A DNA stretch of 60,584 nt, from contig JBDRUN010000004.1 of the NCBI GenBank assembly GCA_039801365.1, positions 1 through 60,584 on the forward strand, read 5' to 3'. The first letter of the stretch is position 1, and every line of letters begins with the position of its first letter. The position numbers were made by a program, and so were the translations under genes. This document shows positions 44,110 to 53,970 of the stretch, piece by piece. This stretch comes from a candidate division WOR-3 bacterium. GTDB lineage: Bacteria; Hydrothermota; Tepidihabitantia; Tepidihabitantales; Tepidihabitantaceae. The notes under the pieces were generated by a model that was not told the DNA's origin, did no database searches, and saw nothing but the letters and a program-made list of their open reading frames with translations.

Positions 44110-46605
44110 CTACCTTCCTCGTACCGTTTTTGCAGTCAGGCGGTCGCTGGCAGCGCAAGCCGGAATCCGCTTCGGCAGTTTCGGCCCCTGCGGCCTCGGC
44201 TCGAAATGCAGTTTTGTGCCGTCGAACCACATCGGCAGAGCTGAGTTCCTAGTGTCGTTTTCGTTGAACATCACCCGTTCCATCTTCTGGTCAAAGTCGG
44301 TTGCGGCGAGTTCCTCAGGCAGCTCTGGCTTCTGCTCGTATCCGGCCCTGCGGCCGACCGCAATCCAGGCGAACTTGGTCGAGCTCTTGCCCGAATTCGA
44401 CTCGCGCACTGTAAAGCCGTTCTGGTCAACTGAGGCCAGATACACCTGATTCTCGCACTCGCCCATTGGGGTCACAGTCACGACAACCGGCACCTCACCC
44501 GAGACTATGTCGCTGAACGCAGCGCCAAAGGTCACGCTAGCTTCTCCGTCCTTAAGCTCGCTTATGCCTGAGGCATATACTTCGACGTTCACCGAAGTCG
44601 GCACATAGGTTGCCTCGCGCTTCGTGCCAGTGTTGTGCAACACTGCACTAACGCCGTTGGTGTAGCTGTTTCCGTCCGTGTATAATGCATACCTGTTACC
44701 CTTGACATGCGCGCCGTACACATCGCCCCTGAGCCAGCCGCCCATCAGGCCGCCGTACCAGCCGCACCCAAAACCGTCTCCCGATCCCGAAGTCCATGCA
44801 GTAGTGCCATAACCGCCGTAACGGGCCGAAGTACTTGAGTAGTACCCCAGCGCACCCCATGTGCCAATTAAGCCGCTCGAATTCAATATCATACCGCCAA
44901 ATGCGCCCGCGGTCCTACCATAATCATCCCAAGTGACGCCAATCGTTCCCGCAGAATACGTGTTGCCCCAGTCCTGCAAACCGATGATACCGCCGTTCGG
45001 GTCATCCCAGCTATAGCCCGAGTACGAACCCGACTTATAGCCTATTACGCCCAGCCAGTCGTCTGTGGAACCCAGCACTCCCCGTGCACCATTGCCACCA
45101 CCGCTGCTAATACCGGCCACACCCAGAAACGGGCTATTGGCATGGACGCCGGTGTTTAGGGTGCAGTATGCCTTTATACCCATTGCGTAGGAACTGCCGT
45201 ATCCATATACAGCGTACTGCGTCGTGCTTGCGTTGTACGCGTAGCCGTAGACCCCGTAGGCAGCGCTGCCGAGGTACCCGTAGTGGTCGGCGTCATACCA
45301 GCCGTATATGCGATAGCTGCTACTTGGGTTAGTTCCAACTGCGATGTAGCCGGCCCCGGCATCCTGGATTGAGGAGTTCCCCAAGGTCGTCGAGGCCGTC
45401 CAGCGGGCAACGTAATTCGCGGTGCCCGAACCTCCCACACCCCCGCCGGTGCCGTTCGATGCCGCGGTGATGCGGCCGTACTGGTCAACCGTCAGATTTG
45501 TGTTCGTATAGGAACCGGCTGTCACGCCGGTCGTAGTCAATGTGGGATTCGGGTACGTGCCAGTCAGGTGCCCACCCGCTGCCTCGCCGTTGTTGATGTA
45601 GCGATTGTCGCCCCAGGTCTGGTCGAATCCCACCGTGCCGGTCGTTGTTATCGGGTTAGGCGAACAGATGATGCCAGTGCTCTGGCTGACACTCGTCACC
45701 GTGCCAGAACCGCCGGTGCCATTCGACGCTGCCGTGATCCGGCCGTACTGGTCAACCGTCAGGTTCGTGTTTGTGTAAGAGCCCGGGGTTACACCACTGG
45801 TATTCAACGTGATGTTCGGATTCTGTCCACCGCTTGACGCAAGCGGAGCACTTGCGGTAACGCTCTGCACGTAGTTGTGCGTGTGAGTGTAAGGCGCGTA
45901 CCGGGCATCTCCCCAGGTAACGTCAAAGCCGACCGTGCCGGTCGTTGTTATCGGGTTAGGCGTGCAGATGACACCTGTCGCCTGACTCACACTCGTGACG
46001 GTTCCGGTGCCACCCTGAAGGTCGTCACCAGGCAACCAGGACGATGTACTGGCGTTCCACTTCAGCACTTGGCCGTTCGTGGCACTCTTCTGCGCAATCG
46101 TCGGATTGGGATACAACCCGGTCAAATCGCCACCGGCCACAGTCGTGACGCTGATATAGTCGGCTGCAGGCCGGTTACCAAGGTTGGCTGCGTCATCCGC
46201 GTTGTAGGCGTACGGTGCACTCACTATTCTTGTCCTCGGCAGAATCGGATCGCCTTCCACCGTCACCTGAAACCAACACTCAGGCCCTTCCGGCAACTCG
46301 GTCGGCTCAATCTGGTTGTTCGAACCTAGGATGACATTGAAAAGACCTCCGGTCACTTGCACATTTTGCTGGGTCTCGCTCCACACCGGTGAGCCGCCGG
46401 TTGACTGAGTGTATATCTCGAAGAGCATGTCGAACTGGCCCTCGAGCGGGTTACCGCTTCCGTCCGTGAGCTTGCCCTGGTAGTTGATGTACTTTGGTAT
46501 CTGGATAGCGTCCTGGGCCGGGACACTGGCCTGGCCCGCCGCAAGGGCGGTACCAATAGCAATGGTCAGACACAGAACCATTGCCGTGATGCTGATTCTA
46601 GGCAT
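44110..46605 (-). CDS. large secreted tail-fibre-like repeat protein
   Basis: AAGGAGG RBS and a signal peptide. N-terminal [17 protein letters not shown]...VWSE...V.V.GGLFNV.LG module is like that of phage/Bacteroidota tail-fibre-domain proteins. Duplicated ~90-aa units and a Gly/Tyr-rich central region. No T9SS CTD. Confidence 0.7.
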   Translation of the reverse strand: MPRISITAMVLCLTIAIGTALAAGQASVPAQDAIQIPKYINYQGKLTDGSGNPLEGQFDMLFEIYTQSTGGSPVWSETQQNVQVTGGLFNVILGSNNQIEPTELPEGPECWFQVTVEGDPILPRTRIVSAPYAYNADDAANLGNRPAADYISVTTVAGGDLTGLYPNPTIAQKSATNGQVLKWNASTSSWLPGDDLQGGTGTVTSVSQATGVICTPNPITTTGTVGFDVTWGDARYAPYTHTHNYVQSVTASAPLASSGGQNPNITLNTSGVTPGSYTNTNLTVDQYGRITAASNGTGGSGTVTSVSQSTGIICSPNPITTTGTVGFDQTWGDNRYINNGEAAGGHLTGTYPNPTLTTTGVTAGSYTNTNLTVDQYGRITAASNGTGGGVGGSGTANYVARWTASTTLGNSSIQDAGAGYIAVGTNPSSSYRIYGWYDADHYGYLGSAAYGVYGYAYNASTTQYAVYGYGSSYAMGIKAYCTLNTGVHANSPFLGVAGISSGGGNGARGVLGSTDDWLGVIGYKSGSYSGYSWDDPNGGIIGLQDWGNTYSAGTIGVTWDDYGRTAGAFGGMILNSSGLIGTWGALGYYSSTSARYGGYGTTAWTSGSGDGFGCGWYGGLMGGWLRGDVYGAHVKGNRYALYTDGNSYTNGVSAVLHNTGTKREATYVPTSVNVEVYASGISELKDGEASVTFGAAFSDIVSGEVPVVVTVTPMGECENQVYLASVDQNGFTVRESNSGKSSTKFAWIAVGRRAGYEQKPELPEELAATDFDQKMERVMFNENDTRNSALPMWFDGTKLHFEPRPQGPKLPKRIPACAASDRLTAKTVRGR
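45448..46011 (-). repeat. imperfect tandem duplication inside the tail-fibre-like gene
   Basis: Two units (267 and 291 nt), each starting GGTGCC and sharing long identical runs such as CCGTGCCGGTCGTTGTTATCGGGTTAGGCG and CGGCCGTACTGGTCAACCGTCAG. Confidence 0.7.
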
Positions 46606-46934
46606 TGCGCCTCCTTTTTGTTTTGCCCTCTGTGCCTGAGGGCGTTCCCTTACTTCAGCAGGGCCGCACCTTGCCCTGCTTTCCTGTGTCCTTTACGATT
46701 CGGATGTACCCGTAAACTTACACCGCATTGTAAGGCCAGGAAAAGGCCATTGTCAAGCAGAAAATTGGCTTGGCTGGAGACGGGACGAGACGCAGCGCTA
46801 ATTAGGAACAAGACTGAAATCAACATTCCCGAGCTGACAAGAACGTAGGCAGCAAGCGTTTTGCAGGACTGGAGGAGTAGTCTCGTTCGGCGGAAACTAA
46901 GGTCTGATCGTTCTACCCTTACTCTGTTCGCGGT

Positions 46935-49073
46935 CTATCTCTGCACCACTAGTTTCTGCGTTTGCGTCAGGCCTTCGGCATGCAATCTCACCAGGTAAAT
47001 CCCGGTTGCGAGCTCGCACATATCAAGCGGGATGCTCAACTCCTCATGACGCCCACTATTGTTATTCCTTCTCCATTGGGTTAGGGGAGCAAGGACACAC
47101 CGTCCCGCGGCATCGAAAATGCTCACCCGGCAACGCGAGCTTCTAGTCACCAGGCTACCTGACAGCTTGAGCATTACCTGCCCACCCCTTGCCGGATTTG
47201 GCGCAATCTGCAGTCTGGCATCTGTCATTTGGTTTCGGTTTGCTGGTCCGGCGATTCCGATTCCACCGTCTGTGGTCTTCAGTACGCAGCAGGCATCGTC
47301 GCACACATAGCCAACGCTGTTGTCTGCAGGAAACGACACGCCAATAAACCCGAGTCCGGCTGCAGGCAACGTCTGAACCTCCCAACTCTGGCCGCCGTCA
47401 GTCGTCTTGACCACCGTAGCATTATCGCCGACCGCGTACCCGGTATTAGCATCAACCGGGAAGACGATCCGCCTGAGTCGCATCAGCACACCGGTTTGCA
47501 GAGGAACCCAGGTCAAACCCGCATCGGTTGTTTTCAGGACCTCTCCTTCTTCCCCGCATGTGTACCCAGTACCAGGCAGCGGGAAGAAAAGGTCTGCTAT
47601 TGGCCGCTGGGCCGCAGTATCGGATGACCAACTTGCGCCCGCGTTCGTGGTCCGGTAGATGACGTTCTTCGCACAGACGAATCCGACCGCCGGGCCGGTG
47701 AACCATATCGCGACATAGCTTCTCATTGTGTCCGGCGGGTTTACCCGGGACCAGGACGCTCCCGCGTCCGTGGTCCGGATAATGGTGCCGGCCGCGCCGC
47801 ACGCATATCCAGTATCGGTGTCGGGAAAGGAAAGACGTGCCAAGTCTGCCTGCACGCCCGGACACGAGTCCGGTTTCCAGGTCTGTCCGCCGTCTGTAGT
47901 CCTAATGATTGCGCCCTGAGGACCGACACCGTAACCGATGTTGGCGCCAGCCAGAAAACACAGGTCATTGATTGTCATCTGGAAGCCGAGGCTGTCGGTA
48001 AACCACGTCTCTCCCGCGTCCGTGGTACGGTACACGACATCCTGGCCGGCAACGTAACCCGTGTCAGAGTTTGGGAACTCGATGTCGAAGCTCGCGCCTG
48101 AGAATCCGTGCGACAGACGGTTCCAAGTCACGCCGGCATCCGTAGTCGCGAGGAGAAGCCCTCGTTCGCCGACCGCGTAGCCACTAGCACCGGTCGGAAA
48201 GTGAATTGAGTGGAGCGCGCCCAGGTCCGGCCCGGTCGGTTGTTGCATCCAGGTCTGGCCCGCATCGGTTGTCTTGAACACTGACCCCATATCGCCACAC
48301 ACATAACCAGTGTCCTCGTCCAAGGGAAAGTGGATTGCGCGAAGCTGGATGCTGGCAGGAACTGACTCAGTTTGCCAAGAGCTGCCGCCGTCGGTAGTCT
48401 TGAAAACCCGACCCCGGTCCGCCGCGACGTATCCGATATTCGCATCAAGGAAGCATAGCCCGTTCAGTCGCACCCGACCGGTGCTGACTGTTTCCGGCTG
48501 CCAGGAGCTGCCGCCGTCCGTAGTCCTGAATGCCACTCCGGATACGCTTACGACATATCCGGCTTCGTTGTTCAGGAACTGAACCGCAGCCAGTCGATCG
48601 CTTGTGCCGACCAGAATCGGCTGCCATGTCTCACCACCATCGGTCGTCTTCAGAAGCGTTCCGGTTTCACCGCACGCATAGCCGGTACTCGCATCGGTCG
48701 GGAAGTGGACTGCGTAGAGCGTCGGCCCACCGCTTGCCGATGTATTCCAAGTGCTGCCCGCGTCGGTCGTCTTCAGCACCGTACCGGCATCGCCGACCGC
48801 ATACCCTGTGGTCCCGGTCGGGAAATGAATCCCTCTGAGGGTGTGCCGACCGACCGTTGCCACGGTCCAAGTCGTACCCGCATCCGTTGTCTTCATCAGG
48901 GTCCCTCCGTTGCCGGCCGCATATCCGGTGTTGGGACCGGTGAAGAAGACGGAGTTAAGACTGTTGCCCTGTGGCCAGGGGTTGACCCACGACCAGCCGG
49001 CAAGACCGACTGACGATGCCACGGCAATGGCAATACCTGCGGCCGCCAGTATCATTCTCTGTCTCCAAGTCAT
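46935..49073 (-). CDS. secreted double Ycf48/BNR-like beta-propeller protein with T9SS C-terminal sorting domain
   Basis: AAGGAG RBS before ATG 49073 (ORF extension to 49292 rejected). About 14 repeats of GT(L/V)(L/F)KTTD(A/G)G.(T/S)W. C-terminus APNP...VSIFDAAGRCV...GIYLVRL...QKLVVQR. Confidence 0.8.
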   Translation of the reverse strand: MTWRQRMILAAAGIAIAVASSVGLAGWSWVNPWPQGNSLNSVFFTGPNTGYAAGNGGTLMKTTDAGTTWTVATVGRHTLRGIHFPTGTTGYAVGDAGTVLKTTDAGSTWNTSASGGPTLYAVHFPTDASTGYACGETGTLLKTTDGGETWQPILVGTSDRLAAVQFLNNEAGYVVSVSGVAFRTTDGGSSWQPETVSTGRVRLNGLCFLDANIGYVAADRGRVFKTTDGGSSWQTESVPASIQLRAIHFPLDEDTGYVCGDMGSVFKTTDAGQTWMQQPTGPDLGALHSIHFPTGASGYAVGERGLLLATTDAGVTWNRLSHGFSGASFDIEFPNSDTGYVAGQDVVYRTTDAGETWFTDSLGFQMTINDLCFLAGANIGYGVGPQGAIIRTTDGGQTWKPDSCPGVQADLARLSFPDTDTGYACGAAGTIIRTTDAGASWSRVNPPDTMRSYVAIWFTGPAVGFVCAKNVIYRTTNAGASWSSDTAAQRPIADLFFPLPGTGYTCGEEGEVLKTTDAGLTWVPLQTGVLMRLRRIVFPVDANTGYAVGDNATVVKTTDGGQSWEVQTLPAAGLGFIGVSFPADNSVGYVCDDACCVLKTTDGGIGIAGPANRNQMTDARLQIAPNPARGGQVMLKLSGSLVTRSSRCRVSIFDAAGRCVLAPLTQWRRNNNSGRHEELSIPLDMCELATGIYLVRLHAEGLTQTQKLVVQR

Positions 49074-49164
49074 CCGTAACTCCTTTCTCCCTGTCCGTGC
49101 CAAGCCCTTGGCTTGGCGATTCTGAGCTCTTGTCAGACAGCTCAAGTCCGGATTACCATGGCCG

Positions 49165-51567
49165 CTACCAGAGAATAAACTCCGGAACTTTCTTTCCCTC
49201 CGCTGCTTGCTTGAGCTGCTGTGCGGTCTGTTGTCCAGGCACGAGCTTGAGTACCGCCTCGGCCTGGGCCTTGGCCTTGTCCCATTCAGCAAGATTCAGA
49301 AACGCGCTGGCCAGCCTGAGCTTGAGCTCAACGTAAGCCGCGACTGCGGGCGTGCCGGGTATAAGCCGGACACCCGGCCGTTCAACCCGCTTGATTGCTG
49401 CCTCAAATATCCGAGCCGCCTCTCCGTAGTTCTTCCTTGCGCTGTGAAACGCACCGAGCTTGATCGCGGCCTGAAGGTTCAGCGTGTCGAGTCTGGTCGC
49501 GCGCTCGTAGTTCTCAAGCGCGGCCGAGGAATCGGCGGTTCTTAGATACAGGTCACCCAGAATTAGAAAAGCGGGCACGTTCAGCGTGTCAGCCGTGGTG
49601 AGCATCTTCACCGTGGCAATTGCCTGACTAGGGTCGTTGCGGGCAAGGTATATGTCGCTCATCGCGTAATAAGCCGGTGCGAATCTGGGTGCAATCGTGA
49701 TGAGCCGGCTATAGTTTTCCAACGCCCTGGTCGTGTCGCGCCGGTTGAGATAAATGTCGCCAATAAGTGCAAGCGCCTGGAAGTTCGTGGTGTCGGTCCG
49801 ATACCAGTCTTGGGCGAACGTCAACGCAGTGTCAAGCAGGGCCGCCCGGACGGCCGGTTCAATTCCGGGGACCCTGGTTGCCTTGTTGAAGAAAGTAAAC
49901 CCCAGCTTACCTACGGCCTGGGTCCGACTCGGGTCAATCTCAAGCGCACGCCGGAAGTCGGCAATCGCACTGTCGAACTTGCCTTCGTCGAATGAAAGGT
50001 TCCCGCGCAGAGTGAATACATCGGCCTGGGCGTCACGGGCCAACACCGTCCGTCCGAACCAGTTGTGTTGCTCGTGCAGCGAAATTGCTCGGTCAAACGC
50101 CCGGCGTGCCTTGGCCGCGTTACCAACCTGCTGGTGATAACATTCGCCGAGGTTTCGGTATCCGAGTGCGGTGACAAATGCATGCCGGCCGCTCATCGGC
50201 ACTGTACAGAATATCCAGGACAGGATTGCAAACAGCACCACAAGACCCAGCTCAACGATGCCGGGCTTCTTGTTCTTCCACTGACCAATGAGCCGACTGA
50301 TTGTCGCGCCACCGAATACGGCCAGCGGCAGGATTAGCGGCAGCCGGTACCTAGTACCGACGTAGAACACCATTAGCGTCAGCCCGGTCGCAACCAGCAC
50401 AAGATATAATGGCCAAAATTTCGCCCGGCTGCGAAGTTCCAAGATAAGTCCGGCAAGTCCCAGCGCGAAGAGCAGTGCGAAGGGTAGAAACGCGATGCGC
50501 AGCACCGGTACCTGCTCAAGCTCCACCGAAAGGAAATAGTTGCTGGCAAACTCGTAGTTTGAGAGCATGAGCACAAGTTTCTGGAACTCGAGCCGCAGGA
50601 AGTTACCCGGGTTCTTGGCAATCCAAGAGAGCCCTCGCTTCAACCAGAAAGAAGAGGCCTCGGAAGGTTTGATTGAATCCCGCTGCATCGTTCTGGCTGC
50701 GTACCCCATATCGAAGAACTGTTGCTCACCGATGCCAGTCGGGTACTTGCCGCCATAGGTCTGTTCATACACCTCGGGCGGATGGACAATCGTGCCCGAA
50801 GCACCCGGGTTGTTGCCCTGGTAGAATGTATAGCCGGAGTTTGCGTTCACCAGTACAAAGTCGTTACCCGCCAGTACGTTGTGTAGGGTCGCGGGCAGAA
50901 TTGCCACAAACCAGCCGGCCGCGAACAGTACGAAGCAGACGAACCGGAACCGCTTGCGCAGAAACAGCCAGAAGAGGAACAGAACCGGTACGATAACAAT
51001 CGTCCCGCCCCACGCCAGGGTGCCGACCCCGATGCACAGTCCGGCCAGAAGCCAGTGGAGCCGGGGTCTTCGCTCCTCAGAACGCAGCAGCAGCCACACG
51101 GCCACAAGCAGCAGCGTGATGACAATGGTGACCGAAACCAGCTTGGTCTCTTTGAACGACAGTGGCGCGTACAATGCGCCCAGCGCCATCGCCGCGATGC
51201 CAGCACGATGCGAAAACAGGCGCTTCGCAATCAGATAGGTAAGGAACAGATTCAGGACTCCAAGCAGTATTTGCAGCACGTACACCGGTAGAAGCGAGTT
51301 GAACACCCAGATGAGCGCTGCGAGTACATAGGGATACAATGGTGCCCGATAGAACACCCTGAGCGCCGGCGCAAGACTCAAAACATCGCCTTGGATGATG
51401 TTGCGGGCCCAGTCGAGGTAAACGATTGAATCGCCCATCGGGAAGTTGTAGTACGGCATCTGCTGTGAGTAGTAGACGAGATAGATGAGTTTGTACAACA
51501 GCGCTGCACCGAGCACGGCCAGTACGGCAATCAATTCACGACTGAGACGGAATCGTTGTGTCGTCAT
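49165..51567 (-). CDS. GT-C-type (ArnT/PMT-like) membrane glycosyltransferase fused to C-terminal TPR repeats
   Basis: GGAGG RBS before ATG 51567. About 11 TM helices in an ArnT/PMT-like layout, then about 8 TPR-like repeats (A..F.RA(L/I)..DP...). Confidence 0.65.
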   Translation of the reverse strand: MTTQRFRLSRELIAVLAVLGAALLYKLIYLVYYSQQMPYYNFPMGDSIVYLDWARNIIQGDVLSLAPALRVFYRAPLYPYVLAALIWVFNSLLPVYVLQILLGVLNLFLTYLIAKRLFSHRAGIAAMALGALYAPLSFKETKLVSVTIVITLLLVAVWLLLRSEERRPRLHWLLAGLCIGVGTLAWGGTIVIVPVLFLFWLFLRKRFRFVCFVLFAAGWFVAILPATLHNVLAGNDFVLVNANSGYTFYQGNNPGASGTIVHPPEVYEQTYGGKYPTGIGEQQFFDMGYAARTMQRDSIKPSEASSFWLKRGLSWIAKNPGNFLRLEFQKLVLMLSNYEFASNYFLSVELEQVPVLRIAFLPFALLFALGLAGLILELRSRAKFWPLYLVLVATGLTLMVFYVGTRYRLPLILPLAVFGGATISRLIGQWKNKKPGIVELGLVVLFAILSWIFCTVPMSGRHAFVTALGYRNLGECYHQQVGNAAKARRAFDRAISLHEQHNWFGRTVLARDAQADVFTLRGNLSFDEGKFDSAIADFRRALEIDPSRTQAVGKLGFTFFNKATRVPGIEPAVRAALLDTALTFAQDWYRTDTTNFQALALIGDIYLNRRDTTRALENYSRLITIAPRFAPAYYAMSDIYLARNDPSQAIATVKMLTTADTLNVPAFLILGDLYLRTADSSAALENYERATRLDTLNLQAAIKLGAFHSARKNYGEAARIFEAAIKRVERPGVRLIPGTPAVAAYVELKLRLASAFLNLAEWDKAKAQAEAVLKLVPGQQTAQQLKQAAEGKKVPEFILW

Positions 51568-51768
51568 AACGCTACTTACCTCCGCGGCAAATCGTACCCG
51601 GCTTCGTGACCAAGTCAAGGCCCCGATTTTCGTCAGAAATAACCTACCCGAAACAGGTTCGTTTCGTCAGAATGGACAAGGCCTGTTCGGGCGTGAAATA
51701 ACAAGCTACCAAGGACCATCTCTTCCTAGACGACGAGGGGAAAACCATCCTGGCAGCCTGCCTGCTAG

Positions 51769-52047
51769 ACATCTTTTCTCCTTCTCACTCACTCGGTCCG
51801 CTTCGACAACCAGCGGCTGTTCTGCCATCCCAAGCTCAGAAAGGCATCTACCAAGCTCAAGGCTATCAGTCCATCTACGGTTGACCGCCTGCTCCGACCA
51901 GTCCGCAAGGAGCTCGTGGCAAAATGCCGCTACAAACCGTGGTGTGCCGACGCAGGAGGTTGCATGACTACAGTCAGTGCAGAACCTATTGGGGGTAGGT
52001 CCAAATTATCAAGGCTTCCTGGGTTGCCCCGAAATCCAGGCGTCTGA
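51769..52047 (+). pseudogene. relic of the N-terminal region of an integrase-core (rve/DDE) transposase
   Basis: A start-less open frame reads ...RLFCHPKLRKASTKLKAISPSTVDRLLRPVRKE...GGRSKLSRLPG.... This resembles the ...C.KRL...L.IS.ATIDRLL...KPGSLLK... N-termini of such transposases. Upstream similarity continues in another frame, and the catalytic part is absent. Confidence 0.35.
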
Positions 52048-52059
52048 CGTCCGGTGTTG

Positions 52060-52087
52060 TTGACATGTATTTGCTGCGGGTTAGGAT
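52060..52087 (+). promoter_or_regulatory. sigma70-like promoter of the four-gene membrane operon
   Basis: TTGACA, 16-nt spacer, TAGGAT, then 13 nt to the ATG at 52101. The ORF-track start at 52065 lies inside the -35 element. Confidence 0.45.
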
Positions 52088-52100
52088 TGTGACACGTGGA

Positions 52101-53243
52101 ATGATGAACGCGCTGGTAGCCTGCATTGTTTCGGCCGCGTTTGCGGCCGGTTCGTTCTCTGCTGCTGATAGTCCGAATGACCAGGGCGGTGCAATTCGGC
52201 TGAGCTGGTCCGCGGTCGGGGATTCGGTTCTGATAAGTAGTTATCTGGTGTACCGGTCAGACGCGCCAGACTCCGGGTTTGTGCCCTTGACTGAGGAGCC
52301 GAGTTCGTCCTCTGAGTACACGGACAACAGTGTGCAGGATGGCCGGCCGTACTATTACCGCCTTGACGCGGTGAGCGGTACTGATACTGTGAGAGGTAAG
52401 GTAGTTGGGCCGGTAAAATCAGTTGCCCAGTGGTTCAACACAACGCGGGTGAATATTCTGGTCCTGACGGCGGTGATTTCCGGGCTTTTTGTGTTCTACA
52501 TCTACCGCGCGCGCCGGGGAGCAAAGATGTTTGTGCGCAAGATTTCCGGGCTGGATGCGATTGACGAGGCACTGGGTCGGGCGACCGAGATGGGCCGGCC
52601 GATAATGTTCAGTTTTGGACTCGGATACATCACCGACATGGTGGTCATCGCGGCCCTGCCGCTGCTGCGCAAGGTGGCGATGAAGTCCGCGGAGTACTCG
52701 ACTCGGTTGCTGGTGCCGAACTCGGACCCGATCGTGATGACCGCGGCCCAGGAGACGGTGAAGGAGGCTTATACTGAGATGGGTCGGCCGGACTTCTACA
52801 ATGCTGACAACATCAGTTTTCTGACTTCGGACCAGTTCGGCTATGCCGCAGGCGTAGATGGCATGATTCTGCGCGAGAAGCCGGGCGCAATTTTCTGGCT
52901 CGGATATTTCTATGCCGAGTCGCTGATTATGGCCGAAACCGGACATTCGGTCGGCGCAATTCAACTGGCAGGCACGACCGAGACGACGCAGTTGCCGTTC
53001 TTTGTTGCAGCCTGTGACTATACCATGATCGGCGAGGAGATCTACGCGGCTTCGTGCTATCTTAGACCGGAGCCGGTAATGCTTGGCACCTTGAAGGGTG
53101 AGGATTTCATCCGGTTCTGGCTCATTGTGCTGATTACGGGCACCGTGGCTCTGGGCACACTGGCGACGCTGGTGTCGAAACCGGCGCCGTGGCTTCAGTC
53201 AGTGTTTGAGACTGTAGTAAGGTGGGCAACACCAGCCTACTGA
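52101..53243 (+). CDS. membrane protein with FN3-like ectodomain, TM anchor and an uncharacterised ~250-aa C-terminal domain
   Basis: Signal peptide MMNALVACIVSAAFAAGSFSAA, an FN3-like segment (IRLSWSAV...YLVYRSD...PYYYRLDAV), TM VNILVLTAVISGLFVFYIY and a further hydrophobic tail. Confidence 0.7.
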   Translation: MMNALVACIVSAAFAAGSFSAADSPNDQGGAIRLSWSAVGDSVLISSYLVYRSDAPDSGFVPLTEEPSSSSEYTDNSVQDGRPYYYRLDAVSGTDTVRGKVVGPVKSVAQWFNTTRVNILVLTAVISGLFVFYIYRARRGAKMFVRKISGLDAIDEALGRATEMGRPIMFSFGLGYITDMVVIAALPLLRKVAMKSAEYSTRLLVPNSDPIVMTAAQETVKEAYTEMGRPDFYNADNISFLTSDQFGYAAGVDGMILREKPGAIFWLGYFYAESLIMAETGHSVGAIQLAGTTETTQLPFFVAACDYTMIGEEIYAASCYLRPEPVMLGTLKGEDFIRFWLIVLITGTVALGTLATLVSKPAPWLQSVFETVVRWATPAY

Positions 53244-53268
53244 GGACAATGAGGAGCGAGACAGAAAC

Positions 53269-53970
53269 ATGCTGAAGAGGAATGTGCCGCTGGCCGTTGT
53301 GTTCGTGACCGCCCTCCTGCTCATCGTTGCGTTCTTCATTCCCCACCGGCCATTCGGCGACCTGGAGTCACGGTTCCTCAACTGGTACGCGATTGTGTCC
53401 GGGTTCACATTCCTGCTCGGACTTGATTCCCTGACCCGGCACCATCTTACCCGGGTGATCCGCCGGACCGAAGGCTGGCCCTACAGCCTGCTGCTGGTCC
53501 TGTCCTTGGCCGGGACAATGGGACTCGGGTTCTACTCGTGGATTCGGTTTCAGTCACCGTTTGCCCTGCGCGCGCCCTTCATGTGGTTGTACACCTATAT
53601 GATAATACCGCTTCAGGCCACGATGTTTGCAAGCCTAGCGTTCTTTATTGTGTCCGCGGCGTACCGGGCTTTCCGGGTGCGCAACTTCGCGGCGACGCTG
53701 CTGCTCATTGCCGCCTGTCTTGTGATGCTTGGAAACGTACCCTTGGGCAGTTCCATCTGGCGCGGCATCGGCGAGCTCGTTCACCTGGTGGTCCCGGGTG
53801 TGGACGTGGGAAAATTCGCCGGGCTAGAGCTTTTTGCCGCGGTCAAGGACTGGTTGATGTCAATTGCAACTGCCGCCGCAGTACGGGGCATTGGTATCGG
53901 TCTGGCACTGGGCGGCATTGCAATGTCGCTACGCATCATTCTGGGAATTGAACGGACCTACATGTCATGA
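53269..53970 (+). CDS. six-TM membrane protein, uncharacterised
   Basis: 233 aa with six hydrophobic helices. 25 nt after the preceding gene and an ATGA overlap with the next. Confidence 0.7.
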   Translation: MLKRNVPLAVVFVTALLLIVAFFIPHRPFGDLESRFLNWYAIVSGFTFLLGLDSLTRHHLTRVIRRTEGWPYSLLLVLSLAGTMGLGFYSWIRFQSPFALRAPFMWLYTYMIIPLQATMFASLAFFIVSAAYRAFRVRNFAATLLLIAACLVMLGNVPLGSSIWRGIGELVHLVVPGVDVGKFAGLELFAAVKDWLMSIATAAAVRGIGIGLALGGIAMSLRIILGIERTYMS

